Source: Synergistaceae bacterium | GTDB taxonomy: Bacteria > Synergistota > Synergistia > Synergistales > Synergistaceae | Assembly (NCBI GenBank): GCA_030523725.1 | Contig: JAUNHV010000005.1 | Span: 43,323-107,322, forward strand | Length of the DNA stretch: 64,000 nucleotides | Direction of reading: 5' to 3' | Part shown: in pieces, positions 20,281-29,762 of the stretch | Position numbering within the stretch: the first letter of the stretch is position 1 | Layout of the letters: each line of letters starts with the position of its first letter | Made by a program: the position numbers and the translations under genes | The notes under the pieces: model-generated | Databases searched by the model: none | What the model was told of the DNA's origin: nothing | What the model saw: only the letters and a program-made list of their open reading frames with translations

Positions 20281-20500
20281 ACTTCACCTCAAAACCTATT
20301 GCTGCAAGGTTTTTCTTGATTTCTTTCTGCAATTCATTTGACTTTGCAAACATTCTTGCAAGCTCACCAGTAAGCCTATTCATTTTTTCTCCAAAAGGCT
20401 CTCCGTCGTCTGCTTATTCTTCAATGCCAACATAACATCCTGGACTTAATATATAATCCTGTTTTGCAATGCCTTCTGCCGTTACAAAATCCTATGTTTG
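20281..20500 (-). pseudogene. hsdM: Remnant 3' end of a type I R-M methyltransferase (hsdM), 5'-truncated with an in-frame stop
   Basis: The minus-strand translation is FVTAEGIAKQDYILSPGCYVGIEE*ADDGEPFGEKMNRLTGELARMFAKSNELQKEIKKNLAAIGFEVK*. This matches the usual HsdM C-terminal pattern (...N.SPGRYVG...DDGEPFEEKM..L...L......L...I..NL..LG). Its stop lies 2 nt before the RhuM-Doc ATG. No upstream catalytic part is present. Confidence 0.55.
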
Positions 20501-20719
20501 CATTATTATTTTGCATAATTTTTCCCTTTTTCTGACTATTGAACTTGCAATATAAATTTAGTAAATTCTTGCTTCAAAAATCTGTTGAAATTATTTCAAT
20601 ATCTATCAGAAACGCATATATTTTATATGTTAATAACTGTAACTGTCAAGTCTTTGCATAACCTTGAAAAGCTAGTGAACAAGAAAAGATTTTCACAATC
20701 ATGAGATTTTTTATAAAAT

Positions 20720-20748
20720 TTGACAAAAATAAATTTTAGTTGTAGAAT
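20720..20748 (+). promoter_or_regulatory. Sigma-70 promoter of the ilv leader
   Basis: TTGACA (20720-20725), a 17-nt spacer, then TAGAAT (20743-20748). Confidence 0.65.
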
Positions 20749-20808
20749 TCTGCTTGCGTTCTTAGAACGTGTAAAAAATTAGGATAAATTCGCCGAAGGA
20801 GGAGCAAG

Positions 20809-20892
20809 ATGTCAAATTATTTGAACGGCATTTCAATAATTAACATAATTATTCGCATTAGCAGCGCGCCCTCTTTTCGGCTCGATGTTTAA
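20809..20892 (+). CDS. Ile-rich leader peptide (27 aa) of the ilv operon
   Basis: The peptide is MSNYLNGISIINIIIRISSAPSFRLDV*, with 7 Ile in 10 consecutive positions. The ATG lies 7 nt after GAAGGAGGAG. It sits between the promoter and a strong terminator hairpin. Confidence 0.55.
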   Translation: MSNYLNGISIINIIIRISSAPSFRLDV

Positions 20893-20904
20893 GGCGTCGT
20901 GCTT

Positions 20905-20947
20905 GCCGAGGGGGCTGTGATGAAAAGCCCGGCTCGGCGTTTTTTTT
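20905..20947 (+). terminator. Attenuator terminator upstream of ilvN
   Basis: GCCGAGGGGGCT-gtgatgaaa-AGCCCGGCTCGGC is followed by G and a run of eight T. It lies 30 nt before the ilvN ATG. Confidence 0.7.
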
Positions 20948-20977
20948 ATCTTACTCACAGGAAAGGAAACTTCTAAC

Positions 20978-21487
20978 ATGCTCAACACATTCAGCATAAC
21001 AAGTGAAGACTCACCGGGTGTTCTCGTCCGTGTTGCCAGTTTGTTTTACAGACGTGGTTATAACATAGAGAGCATCAGTGAAGACAGAACACATAAGAAA
21101 GGTCTCGCCCACTTTACCATCATGGTAGAGGGAGAAGAGCAGATTTTTGACCAAATTCAAAAGCAACTTGAAAAGCTCATTGAAATAATTGAAGTCAAGA
21201 ACCTTTCGAAAGAGGGAAAATTTGTTGATAGATGGTTACTGCTTATGAAAATAAATGCTCCCCTCGATATGAGACCGCACATTTTACAGACGGCTCAGGT
21301 CTTCAGATGCCGTGTTGTTGACTTGGGGACTGATGCAATCACAGTGGAAGTGACCGGTGACATGGGAAAGATAGACGCTTGCAAAGAGGCATTCCGTCCC
21401 TATGGCATTATAGAAACCGCCGGCAGTGGACAAATTGCCATGAGCAGAAGTGGCTTCCACGACGACAACATAGCAACAGGTTTTTAA
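20978..21487 (+). CDS. ilvN: Acetolactate synthase small (regulatory) subunit
   Basis: The ACT domain reads SITSEDSPGVLVRVASLFYRRGYNIESI. An ALS small-subunit C-terminal domain follows. The product is 169 aa. Confidence 0.9.
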   Translation: MLNTFSITSEDSPGVLVRVASLFYRRGYNIESISEDRTHKKGLAHFTIMVEGEEQIFDQIQKQLEKLIEIIEVKNLSKEGKFVDRWLLLMKINAPLDMRPHILQTAQVFRCRVVDLGTDAITVEVTGDMGKIDACKEAFRPYGIIETAGSGQIAMSRSGFHDDNIATGF

Positions 21488-21547
21488 CACTTTAATAAAT
21501 ATTAAATTTCAGGGCATAAAAATGCCCCAAAAAAGGAGACGATAAAA

Positions 21548-22558
21548 ATGGCACATGTTTATTACGACAAGGATGCAGACCTTTCATATTTGGAAGGCAA
21601 AACAATCGCTATCATTGGATATGGTAGCCAGGGACACGCACACGCTCAGAATTTGCGTGACAGTGGTGCAAAGGTAATCATTGCACTCGCTCCAACAAGC
21701 AAATCAAAGGCAGTGGCAGAGAAAGACGGTTTTGAAGTCTTTACAGTTGAAGAGGCAGCAAAGAGAGCAGATTTCATTATGTTCCTTTTGCCAGACCATT
21801 TGCAGGCAAATGCTTTCAACACTCAGGTTAAACCAAATATGAAGCCAGGTACAAAGCTTCTCTTTGCACACGGCTTTGCAGTTCACTTTGGTCAGATTAC
21901 GCCACCAGCAGACAGCGATGTCTTCATGATTGCTCCAAAGGGTCCAGGTCACATGGTTCGTTCCATGTACAAAGAAGGCAAGGGGGTTCCATGCCTTATC
22001 GCAATTCAACAGGATGTGAGCGGTCACGCAAAGGATTTTGCTCTTGCATATGCTTCCGCAATCGGTGGTGGCAGAGCTGGCGTTATTGAAACATCATTCC
22101 GTGAAGAGACAGAAACAGACCTCTTTGGTGAGCAGGTTGTTCTCTGCGGTGGTGTTACAGAGCTTATGCAGCAAGGTTTCAAAACCCTTGTTGACGCAGG
22201 TTATCAGCCAGAGATGGCTTACTTTGAGTGCATTAACGAAATGAAGCTCATCGTTGATATGATCTTTGAGGGTGGTATCAGCTGGATGCGTTATTCCGTT
22301 TCTGACACAGCAAAGTTTGGTGATATGACACAGGGTCCACGCATTATTGGCGAAGCAAGCGTTAAAGCAATGAAGCAGACCTTGAAAGAAATCCAGGATG
22401 GAACATTTGCAAGAGATTGGATACTCGAGAACCAGTCCGGCAGACCACGCATGAAAAAATGGGCAAAGGCAGCGCAGGAAGCTCAGTGCGAAGAAGTTGG
22501 TCGTGAGCTCCGCAAAATGATGCCTTGGATGGAAGCAAAACAAGCACCAAAATTCTAA
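21548..22558 (+). CDS. ilvC: Ketol-acid reductoisomerase
   Basis: [27 protein letters not shown] and EQVVLCGG are present. The product is 336 aa, a class I KARI. Confidence 0.95.
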   Translation: MAHVYYDKDADLSYLEGKTIAIIGYGSQGHAHAQNLRDSGAKVIIALAPTSKSKAVAEKDGFEVFTVEEAAKRADFIMFLLPDHLQANAFNTQVKPNMKPGTKLLFAHGFAVHFGQITPPADSDVFMIAPKGPGHMVRSMYKEGKGVPCLIAIQQDVSGHAKDFALAYASAIGGGRAGVIETSFREETETDLFGEQVVLCGGVTELMQQGFKTLVDAGYQPEMAYFECINEMKLIVDMIFEGGISWMRYSVSDTAKFGDMTQGPRIIGEASVKAMKQTLKEIQDGTFARDWILENQSGRPRMKKWAKAAQEAQCEEVGRELRKMMPWMEAKQAPKF

Positions 22559-22676
22559 AAAAACAAATAATCTCTGAAACCATATAGAACTCAGAAAACA
22601 TAAAGGCGGGCTACGCCCGCATAAAAGATATTTATGTAAGAAACGATGAAGTCGTTTCGCTTATATTTAGAAGGAA

Positions 22677-24362
22677 ATGGAAATCATGACAACACTCAAC
22701 GGTGCACAGATGGTAACACGTGCATTGGAGGACGAGGGCGTTTCCACAGTATTTGGAATTCCCGGTGGTTCTGCAATTCACCTTTATGACGCTATCTATG
22801 ATGCAAATTTCAAACACATACTTATGAGACATGAACAAGCAGCAGTCCACGCAGCAGATGGCTACTCAAGAGCATCTGGGCAAGTGGGTGTGTGCGTAGC
22901 AACTTCTGGTCCGGGGGCATTAAATCTAATTACCGGTATTGCTACTGCAAACCTTGACTCAGTTCCTGTTGTGGCAATTACAGGTCAGGTTGCAACTGAC
23001 TTTATTGGCACAGACTATTTTCAAGAAGCTGATGTCGTTGGCTGTTCTTTGCCATTGGTAAAGCACAGCTTCCAAGTTCGTAGCATTGACCAAATTCAAA
23101 AGGCAATTCACAAAGCCTTTTACATTGCTCGCACTGGCAGACCAGGACCTGTACTTGTTGACGTTCCAACAAACATTCAGTGCGCAGTAGGTGAGTATTC
23201 TTTTCAGGAAGATACAGATTTTCTTGGCTATAAGCCAAAGGATATCCTCGATCTTAAAGACCTTGACAAGGTAATTCAGGCAATCGAGAAATCTGTTCGT
23301 CCCGTGATTTTGTCCGGTGGCGGTGTTATTTCCTCAGATTCATCTCGCAACCTTGAAAACTTTGCGGTAAGATATAACATCCCAGTTGCGACCACCTTGC
23401 TAGGGAAGGGGTCATTCCCGGAAAGCCACAAAAGTGGTCTTTCTCTTGGCATGGCTGGTATGCACGGTCATCCCGTAGCAAATTTTGCAATTCAACAAGC
23501 AGACCTTGTTATCGCAATAGGCACACGTTTCTCTGACCGTACAACATGCGAAAGAGAAACCTTTGCCAAGGATGCTACACTTGTTCACATTGATGTTGAT
23601 GCGGCAGAATTCCATAAGGTAATTCACCCGACCTACACACTGCTCGGTAGCGCTCCACGTGTTCTTTCTGCAATTTTTGCATCGCTGCGCCGTCTTGAAG
23701 ATCACACGGCTTGGATTGAGCATTTAAAGAAACTAAGAAAAGAGTATCCACTCCCACATCCATCTTATGACGGACAAATTGCCCCATGGCAAGCTCTGGA
23801 AACGCTTCGTGAAGTTGCCGGTCCAGATGCCATTGTTACAACTGAAGTTGGACTAAACCAAATGTGGGCAGCACAGCTTTATAAAACGGAAGAGCCACGT
23901 TCCTTTATTTCTTCTGGTGGCCTAGGTACAATGGGTTTTGGTTTCCCAGCAGCTATAGGTGCATCTTTTGCTCATCCCAACAATCCAGTTTGTTGTGTGG
24001 CAGGTGACGGAAGTCTCATGATGAATATTGCAGAATTAGACACTTGTGCAAGGTATGATATTCCTGTAAAGGTGCTTCTCATGAATAACGTTTCTCTTGG
24101 AAATGTTCGTATGTGGCAACAGTTCTTCTATGATAGTCGCTATTCAAACACAATTTACAACAAGGCACCTGACTTTGTAAAACTAGCAGAGTCTATGGGG
24201 GTCATGGGTGTCTCTGTTTCTGAACCAGACAAGTTAAAAGAAACTATTAAAAAAGCTTTAGACTATAATGGTCCTGCACTCATTGACGTCAGAATTCCAC
24301 AAGGTGCAAATGTTATGCCTATGGTTAATCCAGGGCACTCATTAAACGAAATGAATTTTTAG
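22677..24362 (+). CDS. ilvB: Acetolactate synthase large (catalytic) subunit
   Basis: ThDP-enzyme motifs are GIPGGSAIHLYDA and GGLGTMGFGFPAAIGA...GDGSLMMNIAELDT. The true start could instead be the ATG at 22686. Confidence 0.92.
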   Translation: MEIMTTLNGAQMVTRALEDEGVSTVFGIPGGSAIHLYDAIYDANFKHILMRHEQAAVHAADGYSRASGQVGVCVATSGPGALNLITGIATANLDSVPVVAITGQVATDFIGTDYFQEADVVGCSLPLVKHSFQVRSIDQIQKAIHKAFYIARTGRPGPVLVDVPTNIQCAVGEYSFQEDTDFLGYKPKDILDLKDLDKVIQAIEKSVRPVILSGGGVISSDSSRNLENFAVRYNIPVATTLLGKGSFPESHKSGLSLGMAGMHGHPVANFAIQQADLVIAIGTRFSDRTTCERETFAKDATLVHIDVDAAEFHKVIHPTYTLLGSAPRVLSAIFASLRRLEDHTAWIEHLKKLRKEYPLPHPSYDGQIAPWQALETLREVAGPDAIVTTEVGLNQMWAAQLYKTEEPRSFISSGGLGTMGFGFPAAIGASFAHPNNPVCCVAGDGSLMMNIAELDTCARYDIPVKVLLMNNVSLGNVRMWQQFFYDSRYSNTIYNKAPDFVKLAESMGVMGVSVSEPDKLKETIKKALDYNGPALIDVRIPQGANVMPMVNPGHSLNEMNF

Positions 24363-24465
24363 TTATCTACGCAGATTGTGAACATTGAGCTTGCCGTTTA
24401 ACGTTCATAATCTGCGCTTTTTACATGTAGATGTTATAATTCAAAGTAATGAGAGGATATTATAT

Positions 24466-25548
24466 ATGTCTGACCAAGCAATTCGTAAGCGCTATGACTA
24501 TCTTGATATAGCTAAGGCTATCTCAATTTTTCTTGTGCTTATTGGACACACAACAGCAAACAATGACACCACGTTTTTCCGCCTTGTACTTTATACATTC
24601 CATATGCCCCTTTTTTTTATGGTATCTGGCGTAGTTATGCGTGCTCATCGCGATAATTATGACTGGAAGCATTGGTGCAGATTTTTTAGGAAAACCTTTT
24701 TTAGTCTTTTTGTGCCATACTTTATTTGGGCATTAATTTATTGTAGTTTCAATTTTGCTAATACTGCAAAAATTCTCTATGGCTCGTGGCAGGAGCTTAC
24801 GCAAGCAAAGACAGTTACGTCGCTCTGGTTTTTGCCGTGCCTCATTTTGGCAAGGACTTTTATGGAATTTGTCTTAATGTTCTCGAAACGTTTTTCAAAA
24901 TTGAATCGACATATTTACGCAGCTATTGTGTCAATTCCTGCCTTTGCAGTTGGCTTTTCACTACCAAAAATTTCTAATGGTTATCCATGGTGCTTTGATG
25001 TTGCCTTTGTTGCGCTTGGCTTCATGCTAATCGGATATTCTCTTAAAGAGCGCCTTATTGCATTACATTCACGCAAGTTACGGCACATTACAACACTCCT
25101 TGTAATGTCAACAGCATTGTTTGTCGTTTTTATTATCATGCAGGGCAACAAATTACCACTTATACTTATGTGTGCAGGCGATTATGGCAATGTTTTTTAT
25201 TTCCTGATTGAAGCTTTCAGTGCCTGTAGCATGATTTTGCTACTATCTATTGTGCATACGGTGATTTTTGTCGAGCGTAGAAATTCAAAGATTCGTCATT
25301 TTATTCTTTGGGTGGGTGGAAACACTAAGGGAATTTTACTTTTGCATAAACCTTTTTTGCAGGAAATTGTTGTCAAACACGCTGTTGCTTTGGGTTTACC
25401 TATGCCGAATTTGTTTGTCGCCATTGCCTGTGCAGCAGTCACACTACCGGTTTGTTGTGTAGGTATTATTGTGATAAAACGCTTCTTTCCTCAACTTTTG
25501 GGTACTTTCCCCTATCTTGAAAAGAAGATGGAAATTTTTCGAGTTTAA
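24466..25548 (+). CDS. Acyltransferase family 3 integral membrane protein
   Basis: The N-terminus is RYDYLDIAKAISIFLVLIGH, followed by about 10 hydrophobic segments. The track ORF 24385 starts on TTG. The ATG at 24466 follows GAGAGGA. Confidence 0.75.
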   Translation: MSDQAIRKRYDYLDIAKAISIFLVLIGHTTANNDTTFFRLVLYTFHMPLFFMVSGVVMRAHRDNYDWKHWCRFFRKTFFSLFVPYFIWALIYCSFNFANTAKILYGSWQELTQAKTVTSLWFLPCLILARTFMEFVLMFSKRFSKLNRHIYAAIVSIPAFAVGFSLPKISNGYPWCFDVAFVALGFMLIGYSLKERLIALHSRKLRHITTLLVMSTALFVVFIIMQGNKLPLILMCAGDYGNVFYFLIEAFSACSMILLLSIVHTVIFVERRNSKIRHFILWVGGNTKGILLLHKPFLQEIVVKHAVALGLPMPNLFVAIACAAVTLPVCCVGIIVIKRFFPQLLGTFPYLEKKMEIFRV

Positions 25549-25629
25549 CAATAAATAAATAAATAATTTATTACACAGAGTGATTTTTATATAGCAATTT
25601 ATATTTTATGTTTACTAAGGAGAAAACAA

Positions 25630-27297
25630 ATGGATAAACTTAACAGTTGTCAAGCAAAGTGTGGCTACGCCAGAGCACCGCACAGGTCGCTCATGAAAGC
25701 AAGTGGCTACACAGATTGGGAAATTGACAGACCTTGGATTGGCGTTGCAAATTCTTTTAATGCAATTATCCCTGGACATAGTCATCTTCGCCAAATTGCA
25801 GAAGCGGTAAAAGCTGGAATCTACGCCGCAGGCGGACTTCCTCTTGAATTCCCTGTAATTGGTGTTTGCGATGGCATCGCAATGAATCATGACGGTATGA
25901 AATACAGCTTAACAAGCCGTGAAGTCATTATGGATAGCATTGAGATAATGACAAAGGGGCATGCACTTGACGGTCTTGTTCTCATTCCAAATTGCGACAA
26001 AATTATTCCGGGAATGGCGATGGCAGCAGCAAGCCTCAATGTACCATCTATTGTAATTTCCGGCGGTCCTATGATGGCAGGTAAATACAAAGGACGCACC
26101 CTTGACCTCAACAGCGTGTTTGAGGCTGTTGGTTCAAAAAGCGTTGGGAAAATTTCAGATGCAGAGTTTGCAGAGATAGAGGGCAATGCCTGCCCAGGAT
26201 GCGGTTCTTGCTCCGGTATGTTCACGGCAAACACCATGAACTGCATGATGGAGGTGCTGGGGCTTGCCTTGCCAGGAAACGGCACAATTCCTGCAGTTCA
26301 TGCCGGACGTATTCGCCTTGCAAAAGAAGCTGGCAGAGCAATTATGGCTCTTGTTGAAAAGGGAATTCGCCCACGCGACATTCTTACATACGAGGCGTTT
26401 GAAAACGCAGTAGCAGTTGATCTTGCTCTTGGTGGCTCTACAAACACGAGTTTACACTTGCCAGCAATTGCACACGCAGCAGGGCTAAATTTATCACTAG
26501 AAGTCTTTAACAAAATCGGTGAGCATGTGCCACACCTCTGCTCTATGTCACCAGGTGGTGCACATCACATAGAAGACCTGTGGCAGGCAGGTGGAGTTCA
26601 GGCTCTGGAAAAGCAATTGCTTGATGCCGGATTGCTCCACGGTGAGGTTATTACAGTAACTACAAAGACAAAGGCAGAGAACGTAGCAAATTGCGCTGTG
26701 CTCGACAGTGACGTTATTCGCCCACTAGACAAGCCACACCACAAACAAGGTGGCCTTGCATTTATGAAAGGAACTCTTGCTCCACTCGGTGCAATCGTCA
26801 AACAAGCTGCAGTAGCACCAGAGATGTTAGTCCATACAGGACCAGCCAGAGTGTTTAACAGCGAAGAAGAGGCAAGTGCCGCAATCTTGGCAAATAAGAT
26901 AAACGATGGTGACGTTGTCGTAATTCGTTATGAAGGTCCAAAGGGCGGTCCCGGTATGAGAGAGATGCTTACTCCAACAAGCGTCATTCAGGGCCAAGGC
27001 AAAGGAAGCACAGTTGCCCTCATCACAGACGGTCGTTTCTCTGGAGCAACACGCGGAGCTTCCATTGGCCACGTTTCACCAGAAGCAGCAATCGGTGGTC
27101 CTATAGGACTTGTGGAAGAGGGAGACGAAATATACATCAATATTCCAGAAAAGATTTTAGACCTCCACGTCTCTCCAGAAGTGCTCGAGGAACGCAAAAA
27201 GAAATTTATACCTACACCACAGCCAACAGATAGTCCATTCCTTACAAGATACAGAGCCCACGCAACAAGCGGTGTTGAAGGCGCAGTCTTAAAGTAA
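25630..27297 (+). CDS. ilvD: Dihydroxy-acid dehydratase
   Basis: [35 protein letters not shown] and [21 protein letters not shown] are present. Confidence 0.95.
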   Translation: MDKLNSCQAKCGYARAPHRSLMKASGYTDWEIDRPWIGVANSFNAIIPGHSHLRQIAEAVKAGIYAAGGLPLEFPVIGVCDGIAMNHDGMKYSLTSREVIMDSIEIMTKGHALDGLVLIPNCDKIIPGMAMAAASLNVPSIVISGGPMMAGKYKGRTLDLNSVFEAVGSKSVGKISDAEFAEIEGNACPGCGSCSGMFTANTMNCMMEVLGLALPGNGTIPAVHAGRIRLAKEAGRAIMALVEKGIRPRDILTYEAFENAVAVDLALGGSTNTSLHLPAIAHAAGLNLSLEVFNKIGEHVPHLCSMSPGGAHHIEDLWQAGGVQALEKQLLDAGLLHGEVITVTTKTKAENVANCAVLDSDVIRPLDKPHHKQGGLAFMKGTLAPLGAIVKQAAVAPEMLVHTGPARVFNSEEEASAAILANKINDGDVVVIRYEGPKGGPGMREMLTPTSVIQGQGKGSTVALITDGRFSGATRGASIGHVSPEAAIGGPIGLVEEGDEIYINIPEKILDLHVSPEVLEERKKKFIPTPQPTDSPFLTRYRAHATSGVEGAVLK

Positions 27298-27311
27298 CGT
27301 AGAAGGCAAAT

Positions 27312-28481
27312 ATGGGAATAACAGTTGGTATCTTGGTTGGTGCAATATTTGAGCCTCTGATTGCCCTATTGGTTTTATTTAGGGTTGTCTTACCATGCAA
27401 AAAAATGAGCCCATTTTTTCGCTGGTTCTCCATAATAATTCTTATTATTTTGGCTCTAAGACCACTAATTTTTGCTTTGATTGGCGAAGATATTTCTTAT
27501 CCTAAGCTTTCTCCATTTTTTATCGAATTTACGGGGACATTGTTTTGTAGCATAGTAGTTTTTACCTTTTTTGTCCTGGCAAGGGATATAGTTGTACTTT
27601 TCAGCAAATTATGGGGAAAATTTTCCTCTCGTAAATCCCTTAGCTTTTCTCTAGGGGCAAATTTTATTATTCCCACATTGGCTATAGCAGTTATTTTGTC
27701 TTTCTACGGCAATTACAATGCACATCTTATGCCTATTGTAACGGAATATACGGTAGAATCTAAACATCTACCATCATCATTTGATGGTTTAAGGATTGCT
27801 TACATAGCGGATATTCACGCCTGGCATGGTAGAAGAAGGGCTTTTGTACAATCAGTTGTAGATATTACCAATGAGCAGAAGTGTCAACTTGTTCTTTTAG
27901 GTGGAGATTATTTGGATGGCTCGGTAGAAGATATGGGAGATGCTCTTTTGCCATTGAAAGATCTTCACTCTAAGTATGGAACATTCGCCGTCCCTGGCAA
28001 CCACGAATATTACTTTGGCTATGCAGAATGGAAAAAGTTTTTTGAAGAGAAGTTAAACATCCCTGTTTTAATAAATCAGCATAAATTCATTGAGGGATAC
28101 AATGGACAGATAATTTTTATTACGGGAATTTCGGATAAGTTTGCAAAAAAAATCGGAGAAGAAGTCCCTGATGTCAGACGTGCCATGCCAGTTTTTGGTT
28201 ATCATGTTTTTAACATCCTTCTTTCCCATAGACCTGGGAACGCAAAAGAAAATAACAAGCTTGGCATTGACCTTCAGCTTTCTGGGCATACGCATGGCGG
28301 AAATGTGTGCTACGCATCAGACCTGATTGCTTACTTCAACAATGGCTTCGTTTCAGGGCGATACGACTTGTCTAACATGACACTCATAGTTTCTCGCGGT
28401 GCCGGATATTGGCAGGGTTTTGCAGAACGCTTGCTAGAACCGGCAGAAATTGTTGTTGTTACCTTGAGGTGCAAAAAATAA
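27312..28481 (+). CDS. Membrane-anchored metallophosphoesterase (paralogue 1)
   Basis: The N-terminal ~130 aa hold 4 TM segments. Calcineurin-like motifs follow: DIHAW, GGDYLDG, GNHEYY and GHTHGG. Confidence 0.8.
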   Translation: MGITVGILVGAIFEPLIALLVLFRVVLPCKKMSPFFRWFSIIILIILALRPLIFALIGEDISYPKLSPFFIEFTGTLFCSIVVFTFFVLARDIVVLFSKLWGKFSSRKSLSFSLGANFIIPTLAIAVILSFYGNYNAHLMPIVTEYTVESKHLPSSFDGLRIAYIADIHAWHGRRRAFVQSVVDITNEQKCQLVLLGGDYLDGSVEDMGDALLPLKDLHSKYGTFAVPGNHEYYFGYAEWKKFFEEKLNIPVLINQHKFIEGYNGQIIFITGISDKFAKKIGEEVPDVRRAMPVFGYHVFNILLSHRPGNAKENNKLGIDLQLSGHTHGGNVCYASDLIAYFNNGFVSGRYDLSNMTLIVSRGAGYWQGFAERLLEPAEIVVVTLRCKK

Positions 28482-28520
28482 CAGTATTGACAAAAAATAT
28501 AAAAATATGAGGGTAAAGTA

Positions 28521-29687
28521 ATGAAGTTGACATTCGGCTATATATTTGGTGCAATGATTTTGCCTAACTTAATACTCCTATACCTCTGGTACAGGGTAGT
28601 ATTTCCACGCAAAAATATGAAGCCTATTTGCCGTCTACTTTGTTATTTGACCCTCATATTTTTTGCAATAAACCCTTTTTTATTTCTAATCGTTGGTGGA
28701 AATAAGGTTTACCCTAAACTTCCACCACTTTTTATTGAATTTTCTGGATTAGCCTTTTTTGTTCTAGTAATATTTGCATTTTTTATTTGGCTAAAAGACG
28801 TGTTCTCCCTTTTATCTAGGATATTGGCAAAATTTTTCTCTTGCAAGTCGCTTGGCTTTTCACTGAGCAAAAAATTTATGGCAACAGCTTTTGCCATAGC
28901 TTTCGCCTTGGCTTGTTATGGAAATTACTGTGCACACCGCCTGCCGATCGTAACAGAATATACTGTAGAATCTGAGAGTTTACCCTCTTCTTTTAACGGT
29001 TTTAAGATAGCACTCGTTACAGATATTCACGCTTGGCGAGGGCAAGGAAAAGATTTTGTACAATCTGTTGTGGATATTACAAATGCCCAGCACTGCCAAC
29101 TTGTGCTTTTAGGTGGAGATTACCTTGACGAAACAATAGCAGATCTTGGCGAGGCGCTTTTGCCACTGAAAAGTCTAAAGTCACAGGTCGGAATATATGC
29201 TGTTCCTGGCAATCATGAATATTATCTTGATTATTCAGAATGGAAAAGGTTTTTTGAAGAAAAGTTAAACATTCCAGTTTTGATAAACCAACACAAAATG
29301 ATTGTGAGCTCTGCAAATCAGGCAATTTTCTTAACCGGAATTTCAGACGAATCTGCAAAACACACAGGAGATAAAATGCCGGACGTTAAGCGTGCTTTGC
29401 CCGTTTTCGGTTTTCCTGTTTTTAATATTCTTTTGTCTCATAGACCTAACAACGCAAAGAGAAACTGTAAACTCGGAGTCAACCTACAGCTTTCGGGACA
29501 TACTCATGGTGGAATTCTGCCGTTTTTGTCAAAAATAATTTGCTTCTTCCATGCTGGGGGATATGTAGCTGGAGAATATAAGCTAGACAACATGACTCTT
29601 ATAGTCTCTCGCGGTGCGAATGGAGGAAATATACGCATAATGAATCCAGCAGAAATTGTTGTTGTTACCTTGAAGTGTAGGAAATAA
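28521..29687 (+). CDS. Membrane-anchored metallophosphoesterase (paralogue 2)
   Basis: The architecture and motifs match 27312..28481 (DIHAW, GGDYLDE, GNHEYY, GHTHGG). Long stretches are identical, for example KLNIPVLINQHK and NILLSHRP. Confidence 0.8.
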   Translation: MKLTFGYIFGAMILPNLILLYLWYRVVFPRKNMKPICRLLCYLTLIFFAINPFLFLIVGGNKVYPKLPPLFIEFSGLAFFVLVIFAFFIWLKDVFSLLSRILAKFFSCKSLGFSLSKKFMATAFAIAFALACYGNYCAHRLPIVTEYTVESESLPSSFNGFKIALVTDIHAWRGQGKDFVQSVVDITNAQHCQLVLLGGDYLDETIADLGEALLPLKSLKSQVGIYAVPGNHEYYLDYSEWKRFFEEKLNIPVLINQHKMIVSSANQAIFLTGISDESAKHTGDKMPDVKRALPVFGFPVFNILLSHRPNNAKRNCKLGVNLQLSGHTHGGILPFLSKIICFFHAGGYVAGEYKLDNMTLIVSRGANGGNIRIMNPAEIVVVTLKCRK

Positions 29688-29762
29688 TAACAAAAATGTA
29701 AAAGCAATTAATCATGCTACAAAGTGGTACACAGTATAGGCAATTCAGCAAAGGAGTTTTAT

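Noticed and set aside
18985-20520. A tRNA-Pro-associated genomic island or integrative element.
   Set aside because: No integrase, transposase or direct repeat of the tRNA 3' end is visible. The accessory genes lie on the 5' side of the tRNA, not at the usual 3' attachment side.
20749-20977. A T-box or other riboswitch upstream of ilvN.
   Set aside because: The leader is only ~230 nt. It contains a well-formed Ile-rich ORF plus a terminator, and I found no specifier-loop or T-box (AGGGUGGNACCGCG-like) sequence.
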